The notes below the pieces were generated by a model. The model did no database searches. It worked only from the letters and a program-made list of their open reading frames with translations, and was not told the DNA's origin. From Stylophora pistillata (Eukaryota), in assembly GCF_002571385.2 (NCBI RefSeq), contig NW_019218625.1, positions 1 to 64,000 on the forward strand: a stretch of DNA of 64,000 nt, written 5' to 3'. Positions 37,401 to 49,400 of the stretch are shown piece by piece. A program made the translations under genes and the position numbers. Within the stretch, counting starts at the first letter, position 1. The number at the start of each line of letters is the position of its first letter.

Positions 37401-40400
37401 CACAACTTTTGAGATCCCCATCTTGAATGAAAACAGAACAGCTTTATGGGCCGAATAAGTTAACAGGACTTTCAAGAAACGGGCCCCAAGATTGAAAGTC
37501 AACCCAGACCACAGCACTGAGGGTAAACCCTTGAACTGATAAGCCATTCCTGTCTCTTTCTCCCACATAATTAATTAAATCATTATTTTATTCCTTAAAA
37601 CATGCTTACTAGCGCAATATGGTGATCTTCTGGGGCTCCAACCAAATTTGAGGCAAGTCATCGTGTCACTGCCTCGTAGCTCATACCCTTCGTTACACTC
37701 AAATGCAAGGGTAGCTCCATACAGGTATTCAGGGTCAGAGGTGGTGACATTTCCATTTCGAATGACAAGTCTTCGTGGCTTTACACAACGGATTTCTGTA
37801 AACAAAAATGAAATACTATTTAGCGATGTGGAGAGATTTCCATAAATGTGTAACACTAATTCTAAAACAGTCCTTGTCCCAAAGCAAATAAACTGTTTCG
37901 CCATTATTTTTATAAAGAATTGTATGCATACTGAAGTACGGGGTTATATGGAGATCTTTCCAGTTACATTCCCATTCTACACAATTTGAAAGCAGGACCT
38001 CCATTAATAATTTTGCGGTTAAAACGATCTTTTGTGCTAGCGCATCTCTTTCAGTTTACTTACGTGTACAAGTCGGACCACTTGACCATTTCCCATTATG
38101 AAGACACGTTCTCCTTTCCGGTCCATGAAGTCGATAACCTTTTGAACAAGTGTATTTTAAAGTATCCTCGTAGTTATAACTTAAGCCGCTCACGTTAGCA
38201 TTAGGAATGTCCTCGGGTTTTCCACATGATCCTAACGGAGAGAACACAAATATATATTTTTAACCCCATAACAGGCGAAGAGGAAGAACCAAAGATGAAT
38301 GCCGGGTTACTCTGGAGCACACTTACGCCATCTCTCGCATTAACTGCGACAACACAAATGAATGGGCGTGAAAGAGGATTAACGTAGCGGCCATTTTGAA
38401 GCTATGTCCATCCATTATGGCCGCTCCTGATCGCTACAAACAACTAGCAAGAGAAGAGGAGCATTTGCTGACAAGGTGAAGTAATTGTCGCTAAATTGGA
38501 AATTTTAGTCCGATTGTAAGGTACTCTCCTTGCCTATTCAATTTTGGTATCTTTATATCGGTTATTCCAATCACAATTAGTTTTAAAATTGTGAGTGTTG
38601 ACTCTGTTGTCTTCCAACGCATATTTTCAGCCTGATATCTTCTAAGAGCTCTTATCTTTCAAGGACTAATCGGTGCGTGTGGCGTTTTATTGTCGTCTCT
38701 ATTGGAAAGATTCTTGTATAGCCCAAACAAGGGATTTGAACTCTACTAACTATGAATAAATACAGGAAAAGTTATGGATGTATATTCATTTCCTTTGTAT
38801 TTAATTTGCAATTATAGCCAATTCAGTATCGAAAGAAGCTTGTTAATGTTGTTGCATTTTCACTCAGACAATAACTTTAGGCGAACAAAATAAAAGCATT
38901 ATTGTCGATTTGGATTGGAGCAATTAGAGTGCTTTTCGATTGAGTGCTGTGAAATCCTAGTCAGGTTAGATGTCACCAGGAGCCAATGAGAACTCGAACT
39001 GAAGTAAAAACAAGCAAACTGCCTGAAGCGTGGGAAACGCAAGTGACCAAAATCGTTAATAGTTTTGGTTTTGAATCTCATTGGTTGAGAAAGTGGTAAG
39101 AGTTCTCCGGAATAATCAGCTGACGATAACAGCAAAACCAAAGCAACCCCGGATAACTTTCGCAACTAAAATTATTGTTGTTTGTGCACTTGTATTAAGA
39201 TTATCGGATTTAGTCATGAATTTAACTCACTTGGTGAACATTTAGGAGCCTGGGACCACTGTCCGTCTTTTCCGCATTTCCTTCTTTTTGGTCCTTCGAG
39301 TACATAGCCATGATCACATCTGTACTTTATTTTATGGTTGGCGCTGAAACGGGAACCAGAGAATGTGGCGTGTGGAATGTCATCGGGTTTGCCGCAATAT
39401 ACTGATAAAAAGAATGTGAGGAAATATATATGAGATTAAATATGCTAACAGTTTTTTACGTTTTAAATCATAAACTAAAACTTAATCATGGATTAGTGAA
39501 GTGCGTTCGATCTAGCTTTGGAATGGACATTTTTGAACCTTTGTAACAAAGTCCAATTTATGATTCAACTTATGAAGTTCAAATGTTGGCGTGGCTTACA
39601 GTTTTAATTTATAATTAGAGTTTTAATTACAGTTTTAATTTATAATTAATCGTACTCCTGATACTCTAAAATCCATGGTAGTTTATCAATTTTCTTGTGC
39701 GGGATGTAATTTCCGTTGTATTGACGAAACTAGTCGCCACCTCTCTACTNTTTGTCGGCTATTATTCTAAAATAGCGAACCTCAAACTCCGACAACTCAC
39801 TAAGCGCTTTTGTAAATCGGACCTAAATATCAAACTAGTTTTCACTTCTTTCAAAATTAAAAACATGTTCAGTGTTAAAGATCGTACTCCTGATGCTCTA
39901 AAATCCATGGTAGTTTATCAATTTTCTTGTGCGGGATGTAATTCCCGTTATATTGGCGAAACTAGTCGCCACTTCTCTACTAGGATAAAGGAGCACACGG
40001 AAAGCGATAAAAACTCGCATATTTTTAAGCATTTTAACACATCTCCTTCTTGTAAGAACAAATACTCCCTTTCTTGCTTTAGTATTCTGGATTCTGCCAA
40101 CAACTCAATTGATTTAAAACTCAAAGAAGCTTTTTATATAAATAAGATCAAACCTGAACTCAACAAACAATTACAGCATTATAACACTTTTCTAGCATTT
40201 TAGTTCACACCTTTAATTTCATGTTTGTTGTCACGCTGTAATTAGTACCCGCTTTTGTATTACATCATACTGTAAATATTTTATTCATCTACTTGTCTGT
40301 TATATAATTACTCACGTTCAGTTACTCATTGATTGAAGGTGGCATAAGCATGCCGAAACATGTCTCTAAAAAAAGTTGTTTATTTCTTACAATATATATT

Positions 40401-42616
40401 ATAATTAATCATTTAGTTGGATTAGTTCGATCAAATGGCTCTAATTTATCCAAACCGAAGCGAGTCAACCCGCGGGACTTCACCTGAACACTTGGGTGTT
40501 TTGCTTGCGATCCACTTTCCATTCTTGCAAGTTCTTATGTCAGTTCCTTTTCGGCAAACGTATCTTGCCTTACAATAACCAGTGTGTATAGCCACTCTGG
40601 ATTTTGGAGGCGGATTTTTTTGGGCTTCACGGAGAATATCAATGCATTTCTTGTCACATTCTAACACAAGAAGAAACAATGTAACTTGAAAGCAAGCATA
40701 TGCCCAGTAAGGTAACATCTTTTATGTAGACAGTTAGATATACTTGACTTGGATTTACTCGCGTAGGTGAGATATGTTATAGGTTTCACCGACCCTAAAT
40801 ATTCAATCTTATCTTTGGGATTTCAAGTTAATTAAACTCATCTTCTGCAAGTGTTCATGAACCGAAATTAGAACTCGCTTCTGTTTACAACCCAGGGTAA
40901 AATCTTACGAAAGGCCAAATAAAGTCTCCCGCCGGTTTGATGTCAGCTGATGCATAAATACGCCCGTTTCTCCTACATAAAATTTCTTTTTAAAAGGAAT
41001 GATTGCAGTTTTGTTAGTAAGCCTCTGTTCGCTATTAGTTTGACGTTAGGACCTACTTATATTAAGCTTTTTACTATAAAATAAAACTATACAGAGATTC
41101 CCAAAAGAGACTGGGACAATAGAAAACAACTTCATTAACTGATGGTTTGTTAACTCTGAATTCAAGGGGTAAACGCTTGAACTTCCGTAAAACTTACTAC
41201 TTTTTCGGCTCATTACATTTTGAGTGGCCAACACCAGTGCAGTCAAAAACACGTACCATAGAATCTAGGAAATAAGAGAAAAGTTCAGTTTCTTTCCAGT
41301 CAATATTTCTAAGCTAAACAAGTGCTTAAAACTCAAGTGCGCGGTAAATTTAGTCATTTTCTCCTCTTTTAGCAGATTAGTTGATATCCAGAGGATCCTC
41401 GCAAATTTGAGGCCAATTTTGTGGCTAGCTCTGTCGAAGGGCTAACGCTTCAAACGTCAGTTTTGGAAAACTTTTTAACGGCGGCCATTTACGTTATCAA
41501 CTCAGTTAATAATACCATAATTGTATTTATTTAATAGTTGTATTTATCGTGTTTGCGATATTTTTGGAACATATTCCTGATTGATTGAATGGTGTTCTAT
41601 GGGAACTCCTTTAATCAAAGATAACTTCATTTAATTTTGAATTGTATGCAGAATGAAAGTTATCCTTTTAACTTAAGTGGGTGTTTGTTTTGAATGATAA
41701 CTTCTCCTTAAAAGATCAGTGCATAATTCAGCGCACGAGTGATGAGAACTGATGAAAAGAGAATTAGCTCTACTCTTTCAGTGTGTTTCTTTGATTAAAG
41801 CCAAAATTCTTCAAACCAGCTTTTAGAGGAAGTGTATAGGAACTCTGTGGGAGAATCAATCTAAATTAACTCGACTATCTTGGTGATAATTATTACATTG
41901 TGAACAGCCTCCATGGTAAAGAATTTTATATGACTGACACCCTCGTATACCTTTCCAACGCCTTTATAGGGTACATACATTTAATAGACTCAAGCCTAAG
42001 CTTTTAAACATGCAGGTATAGGAGTATTTCAAGGAATAATTTTTGTCGCCTTTACTTTCCTTGCTGAAGGAAGAATCTTCCTTTTTAGCTTAGAGAAGGT
42101 TAAAGGTTAGCCAATGTTTTTCACAATACATAGAAACTCTTTGCTTTAACTAATAGCAAAATTTCTGATCGTATAATTAGATACTAAAACTTTTATTTTT
42201 GTCCAGTTTCGATTAAATTGGCATCATCGGAATATGATGAGAGTATTGACTTTTATTGATTAACACTGCTTGCTCTTTGCTGACGTTAAACGTCCCCCAT
42301 CATGAAGATGATTAGTCGGATTAGTAATAACGTTACGTCCTTTTGTTGTTCTGTGCAGTGGCACTAGTCGTTCCATATCACTGAATCTTAATTTATGATA
42401 GTATAATGATAGTTGCGAGGCTTCTTCGCATACTTTTTAATTATCAGGGCTTTTAGAGTAAAAATCTCCTTTAACCCGATGATCGAAACACCCCGTCAAG
42501 ATTAATTAATATTGGTTGATCCAGCACGTATATTTTTCCCTTTTAGTCCTTTCAGCTTTACTTGCGTTGCAGTGTAGAGTAAATTAACATCTTACCTGAT
42601 ATCGAAAAAATAGCAT
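31449..42616 (-). CDS. CFB: Complement factor B/C2-like protease (~910 aa): signal peptide, 6 CCP (the first divergent), vWA with MIDAS, trypsin domain with intact triad
   Basis: 14 exons: 42616-42596, 41264-41198, 40660-40484, 39401-39231, 38231-38064, 37795-37610, 37004-36819, 35689-35516, 35365-35074 (FRGRAINL...LDLVFVIDASSSV), 34192-33882 (GGAT...FITDG), 33414-33280, 32997-32881 (LRARMVGG), 32443-32323 (TAAHC), 32055-31449 (SDIAL, DTCHGDSGG). 2733 nt, open frame. The symbol denotes family, not proven orthology. Confidence 0.9.
35748..36620. repeat. Degenerate (GACT)n microsatellite field interrupted by a SINE
   Basis: Many GACT/ACTG tetramers; (TATG)n at ~36430-36482. Confidence 0.85.
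36178..36482 (+). mobile_element. 5'-truncated tRNA-derived SINE with a (TATG)n tail
   Basis: Body (cccggccggaccaa...ggtcttaaaataa...cccgtctcctgca...ggagacgttaattt) is shared with 50307-50530. Confidence 0.7.
39650..40385 (+). mobile_element. Penelope-like retroelement fragment (GIY-YIG) in a factor B-like intron
   Basis: VVYQFSCAGCNSRYIGETSRHFSTRIKEH...LKLKEAFYINKIKPELNKQ; degenerate hammerhead-like tgaaggtggcataagcatgccgaaac at ~40335-40359; 39650-39749 repeats 39882-39981. Confidence 0.85.
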
Positions 42617-43495
42617 CTTGCTCTGTTTGGAGATTTAACTCTAGATAATGCTCAGAGCTTAGTGCATTCGAAGATATCTCTTTTCTGTTTCCGCTATTCG
42701 CTAGCGTGTCGAGATTGTTAATTCTTTCAGGATATTTTTACCGTCTGAGCGCTGCCTAAACACAAATGAACGGTTGCCAAAGAAAACAGTGTGCGCGCTC
42801 ATTCAGAGCTTGCTGTCAATTTAAGCAGCTACAGTTTCAGCGGATGTTGAGGTCGTATATTGAGAAGTTTCAGGAAAAGGTCTGGGAAGTTATTTTCTTC
42901 CTGTGACAAAAAACATATTTTCTTCGCTTTATTGCGCCATCATTTCCGTCACTTTCGATGAAAACTGTTACATCTGCCATAGTTTCCTACTTGGTTAAGA
43001 CGGTAAACTCTTTATGATAAATGAAATAAAGAAACATTGGAAATATACACAGTTGAGTGTAAAATTTAATATGACGGTTGGCCGACTTAACTGGTCTGAT
43101 TGGTAACACCACATTGCTCAATTCTGATAAAAAGATAAACAGCAGGGGTTGGATGACCTCCAAATACACAGACCTTTTGATGAAATGAAAATGACAGCGC
43201 AGTTTCAGCTATAGTGATTTGGCTCACGTAGGGAAAATTCTGCACTAAAATAACACTTTGATGACAGATTTGTTCTCGTTTCCTGCCCTTGGTATCCTGA
43301 GAATAACAGCGCTCAAAATGAAGGAATCAAAAGATAACGTTACCGTTGACAGCTTGTCCGAATTAGTGTGCTGAAAGGAAAAATAATTTGGCACGTTCTT
43401 GCGTGTTTCTCATTTAATTCCTTTGCGTCTAAAACGCAGAAGCAATACCTTCAAAATACATTTCGTTTTCGTAAACACAGCGTACGGTGAAAACC
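42617..43495. promoter_or_regulatory. Probable bidirectional promoter/5'UTR region between head-to-head genes
   Basis: Only ~880 bp separate the divergent ATGs at 42616(-) and 43496(+). Confidence 0.55.
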
Positions 43496-46400
43496 ATGCG
43501 TTGCGTTGTAAGCTTTATTTTCGGTCTCTTTCTGCTCCAGCTGGCAAGAGGCGAAGAGAATAAATCAGGTAAGTCATTGTGTGCTGGGCGGTAAAACTGA
43601 TTATCTCTATTTCAAGTTTAATAAGTTTAGCAACGGGTATTTGTCATGCAACCATTGTAGATGAATAAAAGAGAAAAAAAAAGGGTGCAGAGACAAAAGA
43701 TGACGGCCATTGAGATTTCGGTTTGAAATTTTGATTACGTTGTGGTATTTACTTAATTCTATGTATCAGTGAACTAAGTGTTGAACGTAACCGGACCTGT
43801 TAAAAATGTTCCTGCGAGATAAGTTTACCTTCCTTTTTTTTCTACGAAAATCCTTGTGTTCGAGCAACTTAGATACCGTGTTGTGTGGGGTGCCGCAAAC
43901 TGAGGCAACCCTTTTAGTCGTGGGGTGAGGAAAAATATGCTTTCCCCAGGGGAGAGCTCTCCAATAACAAAATAGCCCAAGCAGTGGTATGTTAGATTTG
44001 TTCCAATTTCAGCGGGGTGCTTAGGGTAGCAAGGATAGCACAGGAAGTGAATCGGATCATGTAACGCAATAGCCGCTTGCTCGCTCGCTCCCGCGTTCGC
44101 GCGTGGTTATCGCGATCGTACATGACCAACGAGTAATTAGTTACACAGACACGCCGTTTGCGATTATAATATTGATTATTTAAATGTCCTGTCACCTTGA
44201 GCCGAGTCATTCTCTTGACAACAGCAATTATATTGTTTAATTGGTATTCGACGGTACAAATACTCTACTTACTCCTTATTTTGGGCTCAATAAAGAATTG
44301 CACAGCTCAAGATGATGATCTTTTTTTTTTTTTTTGATTATAGTCAAGAAATGCCTTGCCCTAGAAGCTCCGGAAAATGCTGAAGCAATTGGCAATAACA
44401 CAGTTGGTTCTGTTGTCAAATTCTTGTGGAAAAAGGGCTTTTTTCGACTTGGAAGTCCTCACAGAATCAGGTGTAAGTCAAATGGACAATGGACTAAGCC
44501 TAATGTGTCTTGTGTTGGTGAGTACTGATAAAATGTTACTTTCATATATCATGGCTACGACTGTCCTTATGACTTTTTTGTAGCGTGTGTACAATACCAT
44601 CAATCCGTGAATCTTTCCCTTTCTTGTAGTTGCTTGTTTTCTTTTCGTGGTTTCTGTTCGGTAAAGTTGTTTTATTTTGCTGATTTTGTCGCATTATTTC
44701 CCCTAAATGATATACAGTCGTTACCCATGTTTCACTTAGTAATGTTGACGATCCTTTTTTTTGCTCACATTTTGTTTATTTTAATTTAGTCATCGGATCG
44801 TTTTCCTTTTCAGCTGTAAGTTGTGGAGACCCTGGCTCTCCCTTGAATGGAAAACGCATGGGTTGGATATTTCAGTACAATCACAGTGTCACTTTCGATT
44901 GCCATCGCGGTTTTAAACTGGAGGGACCTAAAACAAGAACCTGCCTTGAGAACCAAACCTGGAGTGCCAGCCAGCCAGTTTGCAAACGTAAGATTAGAAC
45001 ATGAAGCAAGATTTTCCCATGTGTTTTAAAAATATAGCTTACAGTTAAAACAAATGATCATGCTCCCGTAGCAATGAAGTCTCTTGCGTAACGAACAGAA
45101 TAAACGATTCCACCCATGATGGTAAAATGGATGATGCAACAAAGAGAGAACCGAGTCCCATTATGTCCTCATAATGAAACAAAACCCAACTTAAATAAAC
45201 GAACCCCCGTTACGCCGAATTAGTTTCCCGCCCTTTAGCACTTCTTCATACGTACCTGGGTGTGCTTATTTTCGGGTTATTGTGGAATCCCCACAAAACG
45301 AATCCCTGACCATAGAGCGTAACCATCTAACCCGATAAAATGAATCCTTTTTTTCGTCCTCGACAACATAGTAGAAGTAAAATAAATGGAATAGTATTGC
45401 GTGAAAACGATCCAACGTTATGACAGAGACCTTTTTTGATCGAAATATTTTAGCTGTTCCATGTGAGGAGCCTCCAAAAGTGGTTGATGCGGTGATGTTA
45501 AGCGGTGGTTTCGTGTTTGGTGCACCCGTGTATTACACTTGTAGTGAAGGGTATAAATTGCAAGGACCAGACACGTTGGCATGTGGAGAAGATGGAAAAT
45601 GGGTCGGTGAGACTCCGGTTTGTAAAGGTGAGTTTCTTGGTTGACTTTCGTTTCATACTTTTATTTTCACTCTACGTAGACGAAGCACGAAGTAAAATGA
45701 AATGGCCAGCTGCTTTCAAAATATTCCGCTCACAAAAAAAATTAACTTTGACAACAATAATCAAACATCAAAAGTGAGACATATTTGTGTCGAACAATAA
45801 ATTCTCGACTTACCGTAACTCAGCGCATGAAATAACCAACCCCAACAAACAACAGCAACAAATGCCCACAGGGAGTGGCGGTGTAGCCGAATGGTTAGGG
45901 CACTAGACTCGTTGTTCCGGGCTCAAGCACTACACCCTGCTACTTACTGGATTTGTTCTCATTTGCCCCAAGTGCAACTACCTGGCTGCACCTTGTAGAG
46001 AACCAACTGGTCTCTCCTCTGCCATTTAGGAGTTTTCAACACTGGGTTTATTTGCAATGTTTGTTTCCATATTTTTTTCTTGGGAAGAGAAGAGTGATTA
46101 GGTAGCAGTCGATTAAGGCCATTGCTTATTATTATTAATTTTGTCGCTATCATTATTGCCATTACTATCATTATCATTAGTAAGTGTTATTACAATGAGA
46201 TTTACCTCCTTTTGCATTCCCCTTTTAGCCATAACGTGTGCTGATCCGGGTACACCCCAACACGGTTCAAGAAATACAACCGGCCCTCCATTCAGTCATA
46301 TGTCGTTAATCTTCTACGAATGCAGTAATGGATACATTTTGTATGGAACTGACAGGCGCTCTTGTAATGGTGACGGGGAGTGGACTGGGGTACAACCGTT

Positions 46401-49400
46401 TTGTGTTGGTAAATAAGTAAAGAGCTCTGCGCCTTCGATTAATGTTAAAGTGCACCTAAACCCAAAAAATTTTTTTCGCTTAACGAAATAAGCGTATTTT
46501 TTGGAGTATTTCTGTACAAAAAATATTTTATTTGCCCAGATCTTCAATTTTCTGTGCCCAGTCAACATGATACGAAAAAATCGGCCGCCATCTTGCTCCA
46601 CGACCGAGTTTAGAGAGGAATGGCTCTAGCGGGTAATGTGTCGTCAAATCGAGAACGCGAAAGTCTGCATTTCACACATTTTCACTTGTATGGGAAGGTT
46701 GTAGTCGATATTTTCCGAAAATATGCCGACTAAGTGTGTTGCAGGAGGATGTAGCAAAGTGCGAAATTTGGAAGAGGGTATCGCGCTTCATACATTCCTC
46801 ATACAACACACCTAGTCGGCATATTTCGGACAATATCGACGACAACCTTCCCAAACAAGTGAAAATGTGTGAAATGCAGACTTTCATGATCTCGATTTGA
46901 CGTCACATTACCCGCTAGAACCATTCTTCTTTAAACTCGGTCGTGAGCCAAGATGGCGGCCGATTTTCCGTATTTTGACTGGGCACACAAAATTAAAGAT
47001 TTGAGCAAATAAAAACATTTTTGCAAATAAATGCTCCAAAAAATAAGTTTATTTCGCTAAGCGAAAAAAAAATTTGGGGTTTCGGTGCACTTAAATGATA
47101 ACTGGATGAAACAACATTTTTTTCGCTTTTTTTATACCTAATGGTGACAATCAGTTTCTTCCCCTACAATCATTGCGCTGTTTTAGTGCTTCTTTCGCTT
47201 TCCCTTCCTCACCGCTAACGACTATTCTCCATTTTATCCTGTTTTCACTCCTCTTCAATCCACTGTCCTTCAATCTTCTTTCCATTTTCTCTCACTTACT
47301 TTTTTCAAGCTGCCTCTCTCTTAACTTCTCAGCTTCAACTTATTAAAGCTGATTGTCATCAGCACGTTGTTGAGAGGAAAAGGCGAATTTAAATACTCGA
47401 GTGTGTTATTTTTCATTCATATATTTTTTATTCTATAGAATGCGCAGGTGTTAACACGCCGGTTTTCGTCAGGAATGGGCAACGTTTCATCCACGGAATA
47501 ATTCAGCAAAAAAGCAAAAATATCGTGACGGTTCTGACTGACTCACCTAAAGAAGAAAGAGATGTTGTGATATTTGGACCTGGAACACAGCATTACATCA
47601 TAGTGGAGGACAAACTCCCATCCTCGAAGAACGTCTTCTTGGGATCGCGTGTGATTGCAATGCAAAGAGGATCGTACATCTTTGCTAAGGTTGACGCGAT
47701 CAATGGTGACAAGTATTCGGTAACATTTGAGGACAGACAGCGAACTAAGCGGACAGTGGCATTAGAGCATATCCGCAACTTGTTTCCTCCAACATTCTGT
47801 GGTACGTAAGTCATGGTGCCTTTAATTAAGCTAAGAAGTGTACTGAAGGGTTGAGGAAATCTTTAGTAGCTACCTTAAACAAAATCTGTCTGGATCATAC
47901 GGTCAATCTGCTCAGCTCAACCTTCCCTACTATCTTATGGAAATGGCCACTACTTTCTTGTGTATCCTAACGGTAAAAAGCCTTACATAGCCTCACCCAA
48001 ATAAGGACATGCTCCTTCTGGTTTGACCGCATCTTAAGAAGAAACTTTCCTATGGCTGTTACGTACCCCTATCAAACAGCACACCGCCTTGATATATTGA
48101 CGTGAGCCACAAATGGAGCCTTTAAGACTTTGGATTAGCCCAACTAACAGTCGCCGTTCTATAAATAGAGCCAAGCTTCTTGGAAATTAACTTTTGGAAG
48201 CACGATTATCAAAGTCTAGGTTTAAATCTATAGATTTTAGAAATCTTGGAAAAAAATAAAAATTTGCACCCAATCTAAGACAGTTTTCTGACATTACACT
48301 GTTAATTTAAACCAATTAAGCAACATGTCCAGACCCTGGAAAACCAGACAAAGGCTTTCGAACAGACAACTTAGAGGAGTTCATAGTAAGGACCGAAGTA
48401 GAATTTGGTTGTGAAATAAATACCCAGCTGCTTGGATCAAGTAAGAGAACATGTCAACCAAATGGAAGATGGTCTGGAGAACAACCGACCTGCGAAAGTA
48501 AGTGTAAAATGATATTTATCAAAATGCATATTATTGAGAGAAAGAAACGAAAACCGCCCTGCAGGTGTCAGTGTTAAGTAAGAGGGATTCGCGTGAGGAA
48601 AAAAAATTCAAAGTACAGACAAACTTTCACCAAAAACTCGACGTCTTAGCGTCATTATGACACAGCTATATCGAGAATGAGGATTAGTCAAAGACAGAGC
48701 TGTGAAGACTTAATAGAGTTGGTAGTTAATAAGAGTCGGAAATATTTTATCTTGATTAATAAATGATCATCGCCTTTCCACCGCCTCGATTCGCCTCTGC
48801 TATTAGCTGTTAATTTGAGAGTCTTTTGTATTTATTTATTTAGTTATTTACTGGCTATGGTTTCTGTGAGCATCTAAAGATCAGACCTTATGAACGTAAG
48901 GTACCGAACAAAGACCCTGGCACAAATGGAGTCAGTTTGCACGCTTAGACACGGGCCTAACCTGTAACGATGCCTTTTTATTTCAGTTAGTCTGAATTTA
49001 AACGTGCATATCAAGATGTAATTTTTAGATGCATGAATAAAAAAAAAAAAAATGTTGCATCTATTTGCCAATAGTTACTTCTTGCTGGGATCTCGATGTC
49101 TTTCCTCCCAAAAACGGCAAACGAATTGGTGATGACTTTTCTATTGGAAGCACCGTAGCCTTTTCCTGTGATGAGGGATATGAGCTTGACGGAGAATCGA
49201 AGCTGACATGTCGTCCGGATGGTCAGTGGTCTGACAGAACGCCTTTGTGTAAAGGTATGACAAAGCAGAACCCCTTCTTTGCTTCAGCCCGTGTTAAAAA
49301 TCAATAACTTTTTTTTACTTTCAATTTCCAACCAGATTCTCAATGGATCGATGTCCGCCAGTTCTTTTACTATCAGCTATTTGAATTTTCTATTCTTTCT

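Noticed and set aside
39650-39750. 100-bp direct duplicate of part of the Penelope ORF as a pseudo-LTR
   Set aside because: It ends exactly at a single N, so an assembly join cannot be excluded.
43231-43241. NF-kB-like site GGGAAAATTC in the divergent promoter
   Set aside because: Imperfect match of a short motif; expected by chance.
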